From: Mobula hypostoma
Taxonomy: Eukaryota
Assembly: GCF_963921235.1 (NCBI RefSeq)
Contig: NC_086097.1
Location: 135,286,001-135,350,000 of the forward strand
DNA length: 64,000 bases
Direction: 5' to 3'
This document shows, in pieces, positions 36,693-49,700 of this stretch. The position numbers and the translations under genes are program-made. The first letter of the stretch is position 1, and every line of letters starts with the position of its first letter. The notes under the pieces are model-generated. The model was not told the DNA's origin. It did no database searches and saw nothing but the letters and a program-made list of their open reading frames with translations.

Positions 36693-36833
36693 CTTATATT
36701 CCTCAACATCTGGACGTTGGTCCATTTCCAACTGGTTCTTAAACTCTTGTTCTTTGATATCGCCTTTGATCCAGTTGATACCCAGCTGTCCTTTCACGCT
36801 TCGTGTCATAGCTTCTTGCTCCTTGGCAAATTG
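36693..36833 (-). CDS. tbc1d31: TBC1D31 coding exon
   Basis: 141 nt, cag/gtgaag, QFAKEQEAMTRSVKGQLGINWIKGDIKEQEFKNQLEMDQRPDVEEYK. Phase 0-0 fits its neighbours. Confidence 0.85.
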
Positions 36834-37261
36834 CTGCAATTTAAAATAACAGGAGTTACACATTTAGAAAATACAAATGCCTTTTAATTATCTGTTTATT
36901 GCAGATTGATTATTTTGTGATGGATAGTCGACGTCCAGGGCCTGGTGTGTCTTATTACCGAGCTTAGCTTTATAACATAGTATTTGACTCTTCCATAGTA
37001 TTTGCTCAGCTTCTTGTTGTAAACAAGAACCAGTCTTCAGTTCTTAATGTAAATTGCAAGCAATAATCGGTTTGAAGTTACAAGGACAGCTTTGCAAACA
37101 AACAGCACTGTCTCTACAGCATAGGGTCTAGCTGCTCAAGAGATGCAATGTAAAACAATGGGGTTATGTTAATTGGACCTGCATCAAACCAGATAACAAT
37201 TGCGAAGTTATTTAGATCCAGGAAGCTTACAGAGCAAATTGATATGTATTATCACTTAGCA

Positions 37262-38467
37262 CAGGGGTCCCCAACCTTTTTTGCATTGCGGACCGGTTTA
37301 ATATTGACAATATTCTTGTGGACCGGCCGACCGGGGAGGGGTAGGGTTGCCAACGGACAAGAATAGCAGTCAAATGCATTGTTTACCCAGAAAGACTACA
37401 ATGACCATGAAGCCTTGCGCGTGCACCCCAGTGCGCATGCGCTTCGTGACCTGCCGATTCCCCCCCACCAGCAAATCCTTTTTGGCGATTCTGTTTGTGG
37501 GGGTGGGTGTTAATCACTACTGGAATATAGGCGATAAGTGGGTAATACACTCAATTTTGTTTCTAAAAGGGTTTATCTAACAAATTTAATATGAAACACA
37601 CAGCGCATATTTTCCTCGCATGAATATAGTGATAAGTCAATTATCAGGGGAGCATGAAGTAAGTGTTGAACAAACTTCCAGTAGAAGTGGTAGAGGCAGG
37701 TTCGATATTATCATTTAAAGAAAAATTGGATAGGTATACGGACAGGAAAGGAATGGAGGGTTATGGGCTGAGTGCAGGTTGGTGGGACTAGTTGAGAGTA
37801 GCGTTCCGCACGGAATAGAAGGGCCGAGATGGCCTGTTTCTGTGCTGTAATTGTTATATGGTCACTTATAAGTCAATAGCATCATAACATTTTTAGGAAC
37901 ATTTGGATATTAAACACACAGCACATATTTTCCCCGTATAAATATATAAAATCATTGCAACACACCAATATCGCTGAATCAGTGGGAGCCCTGGGCTTGT
38001 TTCCCTGCAACAACACGGTCCTATCGAGGGGTGATGGGAGACAGCGATACTCGAAGGGGGTTCCTTATGTCCAGTCTATTCCGCAATTTAGTTTACATTG
38101 CATTCATTGCAGAAAACTCCACTTCGCAGAAAAATGGAAATGAAAGCAACGTTTTCAGTGCTTTCATGGCTATCTCAGGATATTTAGCCTTGACTTTGAT
38201 CCAAAATGCTGACAGAGATGTTATGTCAAACATGCTTTTCAGCCCGTCGTCATTTGCAAGCTCCAGGAGTTGATCTCCTTCCCACCCTGACACAGATGAC
38301 GCGCGGGTCATGACCTCGCATGCGTAATGGCTGATCAGTGGCCGTGACAGGGAATGAGGAAAGGTGCAGCAGACTCATATCGCCAAATCATATCGCTTCC
38401 TCGTGGCCCGGTAGCGCATGCTCTGCGGCCCGGTACTGGTCCGCGGCCCGGTGGTTGGGGACCGCTG
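37262..38467 (-). mobile_element. hAT-Charlie non-autonomous DNA transposon with transposase C-terminal remnant and an embedded CR1 fragment
   Basis: TIRs CAGGGGTCCCCAACC / GGTTGGGGACCGCTG and 8-bp TSD ACTTAGCA (37254-37261, 38468-38475). FWIKVKAKYPEIAMKALKTLLSFP...CEVEFSAM hAT dimerisation-domain remnant. Confidence 0.93.
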
Positions 38468-39305
38468 ACTTAGCACATCAAGTAGCTGGTCTATCAATAG
38501 TTGGAAGATTTATGCACTCAAAGAGTAATTTTGTGTGTCTGGGATCTCTGCCCCAAAGGTTTTTAGACCATTTATGTAAATTTCCCAGCAAAGATATTTG
38601 AAAAATATCACGTGTGTGAAGTCACCTAGTAACAAAAATAATATATAATGTAAAAGAGCAGTTAGACTTGTTCGGAATGGTCAAGGAACGGTAAGAAGAA
38701 TGCCAGAAAGATGGGGTGACTAAAATCCACTCCTCTGCCTTCAGCTTCTCCAATGGATTACTTGTTTGGCTGCAGCTCATTGGTATGTCTTTTTAGCTTA
38801 TAGGAATTGTGTTATTACAGCCTTTAAATCCTTTGTGCTTTTGAAATCGTTTGTAATTTGGAAATCTTTTATAAGATAGAAAGCTTCTGAGTTTAAAGGT
38901 GTTTTAAGAAATTTATCTAAATTTAAACATGTATCACTAAAAATAAATGAATTGTGTTTAAACTAGTCCATTAGCTGAAAATATCTTCTCCTTGGTAGGG
39001 AGGATGGACCCACCGTTCAAGTAGTGAGTACTGGCAGCTAAACTCACTGTGCAGGATAAACAGGGAAGGATCTAGCCTTTGAGGAGTAGCGTAACTTCCC
39101 TTTACTGAGGGTATCTGTAGCTGTCTATATCAGGTAGAGCTCAAGATCTTTGTTTGAGTTCAGAATTTCACGGACCGCAAACCCAATAGCATTACAATTC
39201 AAACTTGACACAACTAAATATATATACAAAATTTAAAAGTACATGGCTACTCTCTCAAATACTTAAAATTCCATGTAAATGCTGCAATACCATGAACACA
39301 CCCAC

Positions 39306-39870
39306 AAACACAAGAAATCCTGCAGATGTTGGAGATCAAAAGCAACACACACAAAATGCTGGCGGAGCTCAGGTCAGGCAGCTTCTATGGAAATGAATAA
39401 AGAGTCGAAATTTTGGGCCAGGACCCTTCATCAGGACTGAAAAGAAAGGGGGCTAGTAGCAGGAACAAGGTAGGGGGACCATACAAGAAGCTGGAAGGTG
39501 ACAGGTGGAAAGGTAAGGGACTGGAGAAGAAGGAATCTGATAGGAGAGAAGAGTGGACCATGGAGAAAGGGAAGCAAGAGGAGCATCAAGAAGAGGCGAT
39601 AGGCAGGTGAACAGAAGAGGCAAGAGGAGGGCCAGAATAGGGAATTGAAGGAGAGGGAAAGAGGAGGGGTAAAATGACCAGAATTTGGAGAAATCAGGTT
39701 GGAGGCTACCCAGATAGAATATGAGATGTTACTCCTCCAACCTGAGTGTGGCTTCATCATGGAAGTACAGGAGGCCATGGACCAACATGGCAGAATGGGT
39801 ATGGGGATTGGAATTAAGATAGTTGGCCACTGGGAGATCCTGCTTTTTATGGATGAAGCAAAGGTGCTCA
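39306..39870 (-). mobile_element. Older Penelope 3' fragment
   Basis: Homologous to 2803-3400, including the GIY-YIG C-terminal coding part; degenerate hammerhead at 39403-39438. Confidence 0.85.
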
Positions 39871-40323
39871 TTTCCTGAAAGACTAGCATGGAAATGTATC
39901 TGATTGTGTTTTCTTTCCCTTTAAACTTTACTGTATAAATATAATACTTTGTACAATTTATGTACAACTTATATTGTGTCGTGTCTATTATCTGCCTGTG
40001 ATGCTGCTGCAAGTTCTTCATTGTATTCATACTTGCCCACATGGCAATAAACTAGACTTTCTTTTTTTAAATAGGCTATGCTTAAACCAAAGTCTGCAAT
40101 GCACAGAAACTACGTGTATTTAATAAGATACATATTTAATTTAACAAATATTGAAGAACCATGTTTATTCCAGTGGAAGTAATCAGAACTGATATTCATT
40201 GTATTTTCACATCAGTGTCTTAAAATTTATACTGTATTAAAAAAAAGACTAATAGTAAGCTTTTTATCTATGCTGATTCTCCAGACATACTATACTATAA
40301 GAACAGTAAAGGGCAATTCATAC

Positions 40324-40416
40324 TTGCTCAAATATTCGTTTTTGCATCTCCAGTTCCACATTTCTCACTTCGATGTCCTGAATTAATGCAGCAGTTTCCT
40401 TTTCCCGGAGAGCGAT
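40324..40416 (-). CDS. tbc1d31: TBC1D31 coding exon
   Basis: 93 nt, aag/gtatga, IALREKETAALIQDIEVRNVELEMQKRIFEQ. Confidence 0.92.
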
Positions 40417-41073
40417 CTTAAACCAAAATGAAAGACAATTTTTGTTTATCCATGAAATTCACTTTGAACTTTAAACAGACAAGATACTGACAAGTTTGAA
40501 GAGAGTGGGTGGGGTGGGGAGGAAAGTATTTTGGATTCTTTTATATATTTACTTGAAGCAGATTCTTTTCTAGCAGAACAGATTTGATGGACCGAATGGC
40601 CTACTCCTGTTCCTTATTATTTATTTAATTCATGAACACGATGGCAGAAATTTATTCAAAGCTCATAATACCCATGATGCATTGGGAGAGGAGGGGAAAG
40701 GATCATTCAAGCGGTGTGGAACATCATTGCTTAATATTGGTTCCACAAAGACAGCAGGAATTAAGCCAATAATTTGTTTTGTGGTTAAAACTTCCACACT
40801 TCCACAGGCTACAGACTTAGAATGGCCAAGTCTACCCATCTTTATTCCAGTACTATCCACTGAGTCTCTAAAAAAGACCACTCTTCATGGCTGGTTATAG
40901 AGGGGCAAAGGCAATGGAGCAGGTTGGCAAACCTGCCAGGGAACGCCAAGAAAGTCAGTATGTGGAGTTGTCTGCCAAGACTTTGGAGCGGGGCCACAAC
41001 AGATTTTGCAGATCCAGGCCACAAACAAATCTCACTGTTTTTACAGAATTAAAGAGGGGAGAATTTCACAGAC

Positions 41074-41209
41074 CTTTCTATCAATTTCATCATCCAGCCG
41101 CCTCAATTCAGATTTCTGTTGCTCTTGTTGATGTTTCAGAAGGCGCTTTTGTGCTGCATCCAACACTTGAAGTTCTTTTATCTTCAATTCACGATTCACA
41201 GCAGCAAGT
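41074..41209 (-). CDS. tbc1d31: TBC1D31 coding exon (coiled coil)
   Basis: 136 nt, aag/gtctgt, LAAVNRELKIKELQVLDAAQKRLLKHQQEQQKSELRRLDDEIDRK. Confidence 0.93.
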
Positions 41210-41487
41210 CTTCAGAGGGAGAAAAAGCATATTCAGTAAAGAGAGACACTAACTTTGCAGCCAGTTAAGATGTGCACTTTGATAGTTACTTGTCCCTTAC
41301 TGGAGTATGTCTATTCATTTTCAACAAAGAATTAAAACCTACCATGTACACACACACACACAAAAATATCTAGTCAAGTGTTACAACTTGCAGTGTTTGG
41401 ATTTCCCACTTCTGATTTGGAAGGCACTTGCAGAGGAATTGCAGTAACATTGCAGGGACTTGAACATTTATCATACACTGTCATTCA

Positions 41488-41710
41488 GAGGGCAATACTG
41501 AAAGGTGTTGCACTTTCAGAGGAGCTGCCTTTGAATGAAATACTGAATTGAGGTCTTCTCCACTTTCTCAGGTACATGTAAAAGATCCTATAGGACTGTG
41601 TGAAGGAGAGTGAGGAGTTCTCTCTGGCATCCTGACAAACATTTCATTCCAGGCAAATTATCTGATTGTTTATTGTGGTTTATCAGATTTTGCTGTGAAT
41701 AAACTGGCTG
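41488..41710 (+). mobile_element. Ancient DeuSINE (SacSINE1/AmnSINE-like Deu domain)
   Basis: ctcaggtacatgtaaaagatccta...gaaggagagtgaggagttctctctggcatcctgacaaacattt resembles the remembered Deu-domain consensus. Confidence 0.65.
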
Positions 41711-42802
41711 TAGAAAGCTTTGGAACATGGAGGGTTTGAAAGACTGAAGTTGTATAACTGCAATTTCTTTACTGATTTCTTTTTGTAGATGATTTCCCTC
41801 AGCATAATAAATGAAATAAGCACAACTTTGATCAATTTATTAAATGAATTTTAATGTTTAAAAGCATATCAACTCCCAAGATCAGTGATTTGCTGTGACT
41901 GCATACAATTCCCTCCTCCAGTATTGCACAGAAGTGCTGGCCTGGTTTATGGATTCTGTTGACTGGATTAGGACATGAACAGATATGGTTCTGACTAGGA
42001 GGTTCTGAGCTAAAGTTAACATTCGGAGGGGGAGGAGATCTACATAAAAAAAACGGGGGACAGAATGGTGGTGCAGCAGATAGTGCAGCTTTCCCAGTAG
42101 TCCAGCAATCTGGGCTCAATCTTGACCTTTGGTGTTCTGTGGTGTTTTGCAGGTCTTTTGACTGAGCGTGTTTACCCTGCATACTCTTTCCTCCACATCC
42201 CAATAATGTATTAGTAAATAGGTTAATGGGCAACTGTAAATTACCCCTCATTCTGGTGACAGGAAAACCTGAGTGGTAAGAGAGAGGATGGGTGGAAGGA
42301 GAATTAGTGGGAGAATGGTATTGATGGGATTGCTCCAAGATTCATGATAGACTCAATGGGCTCCTATGCTCTGAGGAAAAATGAAAACATTACTTTTTTG
42401 GAAAATATATAATGAAGAAATTTGAAGTGAAAAATAATTTGCAAGAAAGTCAGTCACAAATTGTAAAACATACTGTAGTGTTCTATGACTCTATATTTAA
42501 GAGAAACTTGGATAGGTATATGTATGAAAGGAGTATGGATGGCTATGGTCCGGGTGCAGGTCGATGGGACTAGGCAGAGTAATGGTTCGGCACAGACTAG
42601 ATGGGCCAAAGGGCCTGATTCTGTGCTGCAGTGTTTTACGGCCCTATGAATATTATTAGACAACAGAAATCTGACCAATGGCTGACAGTAAACTATAAAG
42701 AGGGGATATAAACAGAAGGGATGACAAGACGGCCTACAGGGATGAGGTCCAGCACCTGGCTGCATGGTGTGCCGACAACAATCTGGCCTTTAAACAACCC
42801 GG

Positions 42803-43996
42803 CATATAGATGAGGGTAGTGCAGTGGATGTGATCTATATGGATTTTAGTAAGGCATTTGACAAGGTTCCACACGGTAGGCTTATTCAGAAAGTTAGAAG
42901 GCATGGGATCCAGGGAAGTTTGGCCAGGTGGATTCAGAATTGGCTTGCCTGCAGAAGGCAGAGGGTGATGGTGGAGGGAGTACATTCAGATTGGAGGATT
43001 GTGACTAGTGGTGTCCCACAAGGATCTGTTCTGGGACCTCTACTTTTCGTGATTTTTATTAACGACCTGGATGTGGGGGTAGGAGGGGGGGGTTGGCAAG
43101 TTTTCAGACGACACAAAGGTTGGTGGTGTTGTAGATAGTGTAGAGGATTGTCAAAGATTGCAGAGAGACATTGATAGGATGCAGAAGTGGGCTGAGAAGT
43201 GGCAGATGGAGTTCAACCCAGAGAAGTGTGAGGTGGTACACTTTGGAAGGACAAACTCCAAGGCAGAGTACAAAGTAAATGGCAGGATACTTCGTAGTGT
43301 GGAGGAGCAGAGGGACATGTCCACAGATCCCTGAAAGTTGCCTCACAGGTGGATAGGGTAGCTAAGAAAGCTTATGGGGTGTTAGCTTTCATAAGTTGAG
43401 GGATAGAGTTTAAGAGTCGCGATGTAATGATGCAGCTCTGTAAAACTCTGGTTAGGCCACACTTGGAGTATTGTGTCCAGTTCTGGTCACCTCACTATAG
43501 GAAGGATGTAGAAGCATTGGAAAGGGTACAGAGGAGATTTACCAGGATGCTGCCTGGTTTAGAAAGTATGCATTGTGATCAGAGATTAAGGGAGCTAGGG
43601 CTTTACTCTTTGGAGAGAAGGAGGATGAGAGGAGACATGATAGAGGTACACAAGATATTAAGAGGAATAGATAGAGTGGACAGCCAGCGCCTCTTCCCCA
43701 GGGCACCACTGCTCAATACAAGAGGACATGGCTTTAAGGTAAGGGGTGGGAAGTTCAAGGGGGATATTAGAGGAAGGTTTTTTACTCAGAGAGTGGTTGG
43801 TGCATGGAATGCACTGCCTGAGTCAGTGGTGGAGGCAGATACACTAGTGAAGTTTAAGAGACTACTAGACAGGTATATGGAGAAATCTAAGGTGGGGGCT
43901 TATATGGGAGGCAGGGTTTGAGGGTCAGCACAACATTGTGGGCCGAAGGGCCTGTACTGTGCTGTACTATTCTATGTTCTATGTATGTTCTATGTT
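42803..43996 (+). mobile_element. CR1 LINE, 5'-truncated
   Basis: [39 protein letters not shown]; (tatgttc) tail. Confidence 0.93.
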
Positions 43997-44593
43997 ACAT
44001 AGAAACAAAGAAAATAGGTGCAGGAGTAGGCCATTCGGCCCTTCAAGCCTGCACCGCCATTTATTATGATCATGGCTGATCATCCAACTCAGAACCCTGC
44101 ACCAGCCTTCCCTCCATACCCCCTGATCCCCGTAGCCACAAGGGCCATATCTAACTCCCTCTTAAATATAGCCAATGAACTGGCCTCAACTGTTTCCTGT
44201 GGCAGAGAATTCCACAGATTCACCACTCTCTGTGTGAAGAAGTTTTTCCTAATCTCGGTCCTAAAAGGCTTCCCCTCTATCCTCAAACTGTGACCCCTCG
44301 TTCTGGACTTCCCCAACATCGGGAACAATCTTCCTGCATCTAGCCTGTCCAATTCCTTTAGGATTTTATACGTTTCAATCAGATCCCCCCTCAATCTTCT
44401 AAATTCCAACGAGTACAAGCCCAGTTCATCCAGTCTTTCTTCATATGAAAGTCCTGCCATCCCAGGAATCAATCTGGTGAACCTTCTTTGTACTCCCTCT
44501 ATGGCAAGGATGTCTTTCCTCAGATTAGGGAACCAAAACTGCACACAATACTCCAGGTGTGGTCTCACCAAGGTCTTGTACAACTGCAATAGT
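43997..44593 (-). mobile_element. CR1 LINE 3' fragment of a different subfamily, tail-to-tail with the previous copy
   Basis: ORF 44089-44649: LVRPHLEYCVQFW...FFTQRVVNLWNSLP. Confidence 0.93.
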
Positions 44594-45962
44594 AACACCC
44601 AGAAGACCAAGGAGATCATTGTGGACTTCAGGCATGCTAGGAGCCACACTCACGTCCCCATCTCTATCAACGGAACTGTAGTGGAGCAGGTATCAGGCTT
44701 CAAATTCCTTGGTGTCCATATTTCCAAAGATCTAACCTGGTCCCTGAACTCCTCCATCCTGATCAAAATGACGCAACAGCACCTTTATTTCCTGCGGAGC
44801 ATCAAGAAAGCTCACCTCTGTCCCAGGATACTGATGGACTTTTACCGCTGTACCGTTAAGAGCATACTCACCAATTGCATCTCAGTGTGGTACGGCAATT
44901 GTCCCATATTGGACCACAAAGCACTCCAGCGTGTAGTGAAAACTGCCCAGCAGATTATCAGCACCCAATTGCCCACCATTGAGAACATCTACCATAAACG
45001 CTGCCTGGGCAGGGCGAAAAGCATTATCAGTGTTGCATCTCACCCTAACCATGGACTTTTTACTCTCCTCCCATCCAGTAGGCGCTACAGGAGCCTCCGC
45101 TCATGCACCAGCAGGCACAGGAAGAGCTTCTTCCCTGAGGCTGTGACACTGCTGAACCTCTCATCACAGCGCTAAGCAGTATTGCACCCATATTGTACTG
45201 TCTCAGTACTTTTATATTTGTGTGCTGTAGCACTTTTTTTATTCGCAGTTATTTTGTAAATAACACTATTCTTTGCATTTCCGGTCAGATGCTAAATGCA
45301 TTTCATTGGCTTTGTATCTGTACTCGGCTCAATGACAATAAAGTTGAATCTAATCTATCTAATCTAATCTAAATGGTGTTCAGTATCAGATTATAGTCTG
45401 TTCAATACTTCATTGTCATTTTGATGCCACCTATACCCTAAGCTTGAGTGCAATAAATGAATGTTCAAGTGACAGCAGTGTCACAGTCCAGACAGTCTGA
45501 TGGTAGAAAGTAAATTATAGAAAAAACACTACATCCAAGCTAAATTTTAAAGGCCATCAGGAATGCATCTGTTTTTAATGGCTCTTCATGGCATACACTG
45601 ATTAACTGAAGCATTATTAAAGGAAACTGTCTATAGAATGTATTTGACCTGAATGTTAAAAGCACAGACTGATGCAAAAACTTTCACCCAGCAATCTGAG
45701 TTTGAGAAAGGATCTGTGCAATAATGGTGTATAAACTGGAATATACGGACAGGTGAGAAATATTCTTAACACTGAGCTATATTGGAAGATTTAAATAAAG
45801 CAAATACTTCAATGGCATCATACAACATCTGGTGTGTAGCAATGTAGCAGGCCATTAAAAATAGATATTTGTAGAGTCTTCCTTAAAGATATTATCACAT
45901 ATCTTGGCTGATCTTCCAGCCATTTTGCAATATTTCACACTGAAAACAGAGATGTAAATTAC

Positions 45963-46115
45963 CTCACTCTCTGTTCCACAAGCTTCTGCTCCTCTTCATA
46001 TAGGATTTTTCTTCTCTGTTCTTCAGCTTTCTGGAGTAACTCCTGCTGCCGATACCAGGCAGCATTCTCAGCCTGCCTCCTCACACTCTCAGCCTGAAGC
46101 TCATGGGCCAATTGC
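45963..46115 (-). CDS. tbc1d31: TBC1D31 coding exon (coiled coil)
   Basis: 153 nt, tag/gtaatt, QLAHELQAESVRRQAENAAWYRQQELLQKAEEQRRKILYEEEQKLVEQRV(R). Confidence 0.93.
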
Positions 46116-46755
46116 CTAGCAGACCGTGACAGCAAAAATTAATGCACTACAGTGAAATTTACACTGGACCATGAGCAGGAGAACTATAAAAACAACTTTT
46201 CATCCATTGAACAATGAGTTTCCTGAGCTGAACCACCCCTAGAATGGATCATAGCTTCCTTTGCTTGAACTGGATCAGGATTCCATACTATGCTCATCCA
46301 ACACAATTTTAAAATCTACCACATATTCCCCAAATGAGTACACAAGCAAATCTCCTTCCACCGTACCCTACTAAAATGGTTTGGATTAGATCATTTAACC
46401 TTTGAAACTCAAGACGAGACTACTGAATTGTCTTCATAATTTAAACACCGGTGTAAGGGAATAATCTGGTCTTAGTGTGAGTGTGAGGTAGAATCTTGGG
46501 AAAGTCAACAGGAATAGGTTACAGGAAAAATTAATGGGGGGAATGAAATTGCTCAGCAGGAGTCAATGGAGTGAATGTCCTGCTACTTTTCACATTATAT
46601 ATTAATGATCTGGAAGATGGATTTGTGGCCATGTTTGTGGATGATACAAAGATAGGTGTTGGGGCAGGTAGTACTGAGGAAGTAAGGAGTCTGCAAAAGG
46701 AATTGGCTAGATTAGGAGAATGGGCAAAGAAGTGGCTGGTGGAATATAGTCACAC

Positions 46756-46873
46756 AAACAACAGGAATTCTGCAGATGCTGGAAATTCAAGCAACACACA
46801 TCAAAGTTGCTGGTGAACGCAGCAGGCCAGGCAGCATCTCTAGGAGGAGGTACAGTCGATGTTTCAGGCCGAG
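46756..46873 (-). mobile_element. Penelope pLTR 3' tail fragment, adjoining a CR1 RT fragment at ~46575-46750
   Basis: aaacaacaggaattctgcagatgctggaaattcaagcaacacacatcaaagttgctgg..., truncated inside the hammerhead. Confidence 0.85.
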
Positions 46874-47131
46874 TACATCACAGAGGCAAAGAAAGGACTC
46901 AAACTAAAGTGGATTACCAAGTTTCTCTGAAGTTGTTGGGTCTGAAGCCACACTGGAATTATCCATGCAGTAACATTACATGTGTTAACATTCAGCTCGT
47001 CAACTTTTTTGCACTGGGATTTACTATGCAATGGGCAAGTATGACAGATCTAGATTAACTTGTGAGCCTGCAATAAAACTGCACAATGAAGAATGACACA
47101 GCTCTCTTTTAAAATTAATTGTCACATTTAC

Positions 47132-47364
47132 CTTTCCTTTAAGTATTCCAACTCTTCCTGCCAAATCCTCTCTCGTTCTTGAGTCTGATAGTTAATAATA
47201 AATGTTGGATATTTATTAAATATTGGATACTGGCCCTTGGTTAATGGTACAAAGTCATCCAGCATACGCTTGGGATGAACATCGTCAGGTGTGGTATCCA
47301 TTAGATGGTATGCTTCCTTGATTACTGCTTCGAGGTCCAAGTTATTGCGGTGATGGAAGAAATT
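47132..47364 (-). CDS. tbc1d31: TBC1D31 coding exon
   Basis: 233 nt, tag/gtaaat, NFFHHRNNLDLEAVIKEAYHLMDTTPDDVHPKRMLDDFVPLTKGQYPIFNKYPTFIINYQTQERERIWQEELEYLKE(R). Confidence 0.95.
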
Positions 47365-48314
47365 CTACAGCAGATAAAAGATCATTTGAACTTTCTATTT
47401 AATGTACAAAACTTTTATAACATCTTTTTCTCATTCCCAAACATTCTCATACTGTATATAGTTATATTAGAAAAGGCCTTGCATTCCTGTAGTACATGAC
47501 ACATCCTTTCCACAAAACATTAAAATATTTCCGAAGTGTGGTCACTATTACAAAATATGGCAACCTGTTTGGACACAACCATCTTCCATAATCAGTCGGG
47601 TGATGACAATAATAACTTTATTTATATAGCTCCTTTCATACATTAAGATGCAGGCTCAAAGTACATAGATTTTAAAGATAAATCAATATAATCATAAGAA
47701 AATGAGGCAAAATTAAAAATCATAAGACAAAGATTATATAGAATAAAATGTAATCAAATATAGAAAGTTATATAAATATAATCAACAACAGGCAGCAATT
47801 AATCCTCTAAGTGGGCCAAATTAAAAAGTAGGTTTTTAGAAATGTTTTGAAACATTCCGAAGTACTAGCCTGGCATACCTTAGTCAGTAGAGTATTCCAT
47901 ACTTTTGATGCATAAAAGCAAAAGGACAGTTCTGTATGTTTGACTCCAGGAACACTAAGCAAACCAGTATTCGCGGATCTAAGATTGGGGATAGACACTC
48001 CAAAATATATAGAGGAGCTAGATTATTCACAGCCTTATATACAATTAAGAGTATTTTAAAATTTATCCTAAACGACACAGTCAGCCAGTGTAATGATGCC
48101 AAAGCTGGCGAAGTGTGTCTCAGATTTTGTTTTTTTTTGGCTAAGATTCTTGCTGCTGCATTTTGAACAAGCTGCAGCTGATTTACATCTTTCTTAGGCA
48201 GTTCTGAAAAAAGAGTGCATTACAGTAGTCTAATCGGCTAAAAAAAAAGTATGTACCAATTTTTCTGCATCTTGAGATGTTATAAGAAACTGAACTTCTT
48301 TAAATGAAAGAATG

Positions 48315-48690
48315 GAGGTGGCATCCATTAGTCTCATGAGACCATGGATCTGCGACTGGAAAGGTTCTCCAAGGCACAGGCCTGGGCAAGGTTGCATAGA
48401 AGACCGGCAGTTGCCCATGCAGCAAGTCTCCCCTCTCCACGACACTGATGTTGTCCAAGGGAAGAGCAAGGGCCAATACAGCTTGGCACCAGTGTCATCG
48501 CAGGAGTTGCCAGAACGAGATTGAAGGCAACGTCGGACTGCCTTAGGGACTCCAGCTCCGGATTTGTCCTCAGGGTTTACTCCCAAAGCCTTTCCCGTGA
48601 GTGGGTATGGCCGCAAGGCAGCGGAGGTTTGAAATCAGAGTTTTACCCTCTGATTAGATGAATTGCCTTCCCAGGCTGATGAGCTCCATC
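48315..48690 (-). mobile_element. RTE-related non-autonomous retroelement, 5'-truncated
   Basis: Flanked by 13-bp direct repeat AAATGAAAGAATG (48302-48314, 48691-48703). Related to 24570-25130; 3' hairpin atccatggtctcatgagactaatggat. Confidence 0.75.
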
Positions 48691-48838
48691 AAATGAAAGA
48701 ATGCAGTCTTAGTAATATGGTTAATGTGATATGAAATTTAGCTCAGTCAATATTAAAGCCTAAATTCTTTACTTAGGGCTTGATTTGTAAAGTCAGATGA
48801 TCAGTTTATTTCTCGGATTGATGCTTTTTTATTACTAC

Positions 48839-49700
48839 TGTGACGAGAATACACATAAAATTAAGATGTTTGCTGGCCTGGGCTAGCATCAGTGACATCA
48901 GCAAGTGGTCTGCCACCTGCCCTCAGGGGAAGGAGAGATAAGGAACAATGGAGCAGCGTCTGGAGATGTGTAATGAAGGAACGGGGGAGAGAGAGCTGTC
49001 TGGAGCGGCTCCCCTCTTTGAACCTTGAACTGTTTGAAGTGATGGACAGGCGATGCCCCAGCAGGGGGATAAAAAGGGACAGGTTCGCTAAGGCAGGACA
49101 CACACGCCACCCGAGGTAACGAGACCCTGGAAGCGGTACGCCTCTCACGAGTGGGTGAGAAGTATCAGACAACGACCAGGGTGGAAAGGTACGATCAGCG
49201 GGAACCCGGTGTGTGTCCGCCCTTGCCTGGGTGCCGGGTTCACTGCAGAGGATCGACCGCATCTGGAGGAGGGGTCACAGTCGGTGACCTCAGGTGACAT
49301 CACCAAGGACCTGCCCAAAAGCTGCTTGTGAGCAATATCGCCGGTCTGTGAGTGAAGCTGTGCTGAATGATCAGTTGTTCCCGTTCTATCTCTCTCTCCC
49401 CCCACGTTGTCCATCGCCATGGCAACGATTACTGCGAACTGAACTACTAAACTGGACTGAACTTTGAGTCACTTTGAAATTTGGTCATTTACCCCTAGAC
49501 AACGATAGAGCTTGATTGATGCTGTTATCTTAATTCTGTGCACATGTGTGGTTATCATTGCTGAACTGTTGCATTTATTATCCTTTCGATTACTGTGTTG
49601 CTTGTTTCTTTAATAAAACTTTCTTAGTTCTAGTACTCCAGACTCCAACTGAGTGATCCATTTCTGCTGGTTTGGCAACCCAGTTACGGGGTACGTAACA
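48839..49700 (+). mobile_element. Solo LTR, 862 bp (Gypsy- or ERV1-type)
   Basis: TGTGACG...CGTAACA inverted termini, 4-bp TSD CTAC (48835-48838, 49701-49704), AATAAA at 49612. Confidence 0.9.

Larger units (their letters stand above)
42660..45372 (+). mobile_element. Rex1/Babar LINE 3' part, split at ~42800/44594 by two CR1 pieces
   Basis: DDKTAYRDEVQHLAAWCADNNLAF stops at ~42800 and resumes NTQKTKEIIVDFR at 44594; (aatct)n tail. Confidence 0.88.

Noticed and set aside
44477..45175. 232-aa ORF as a novel gene
   Set aside because: Accidental fusion of antisense CR1 sequence with the Rex1 RT C-terminus.
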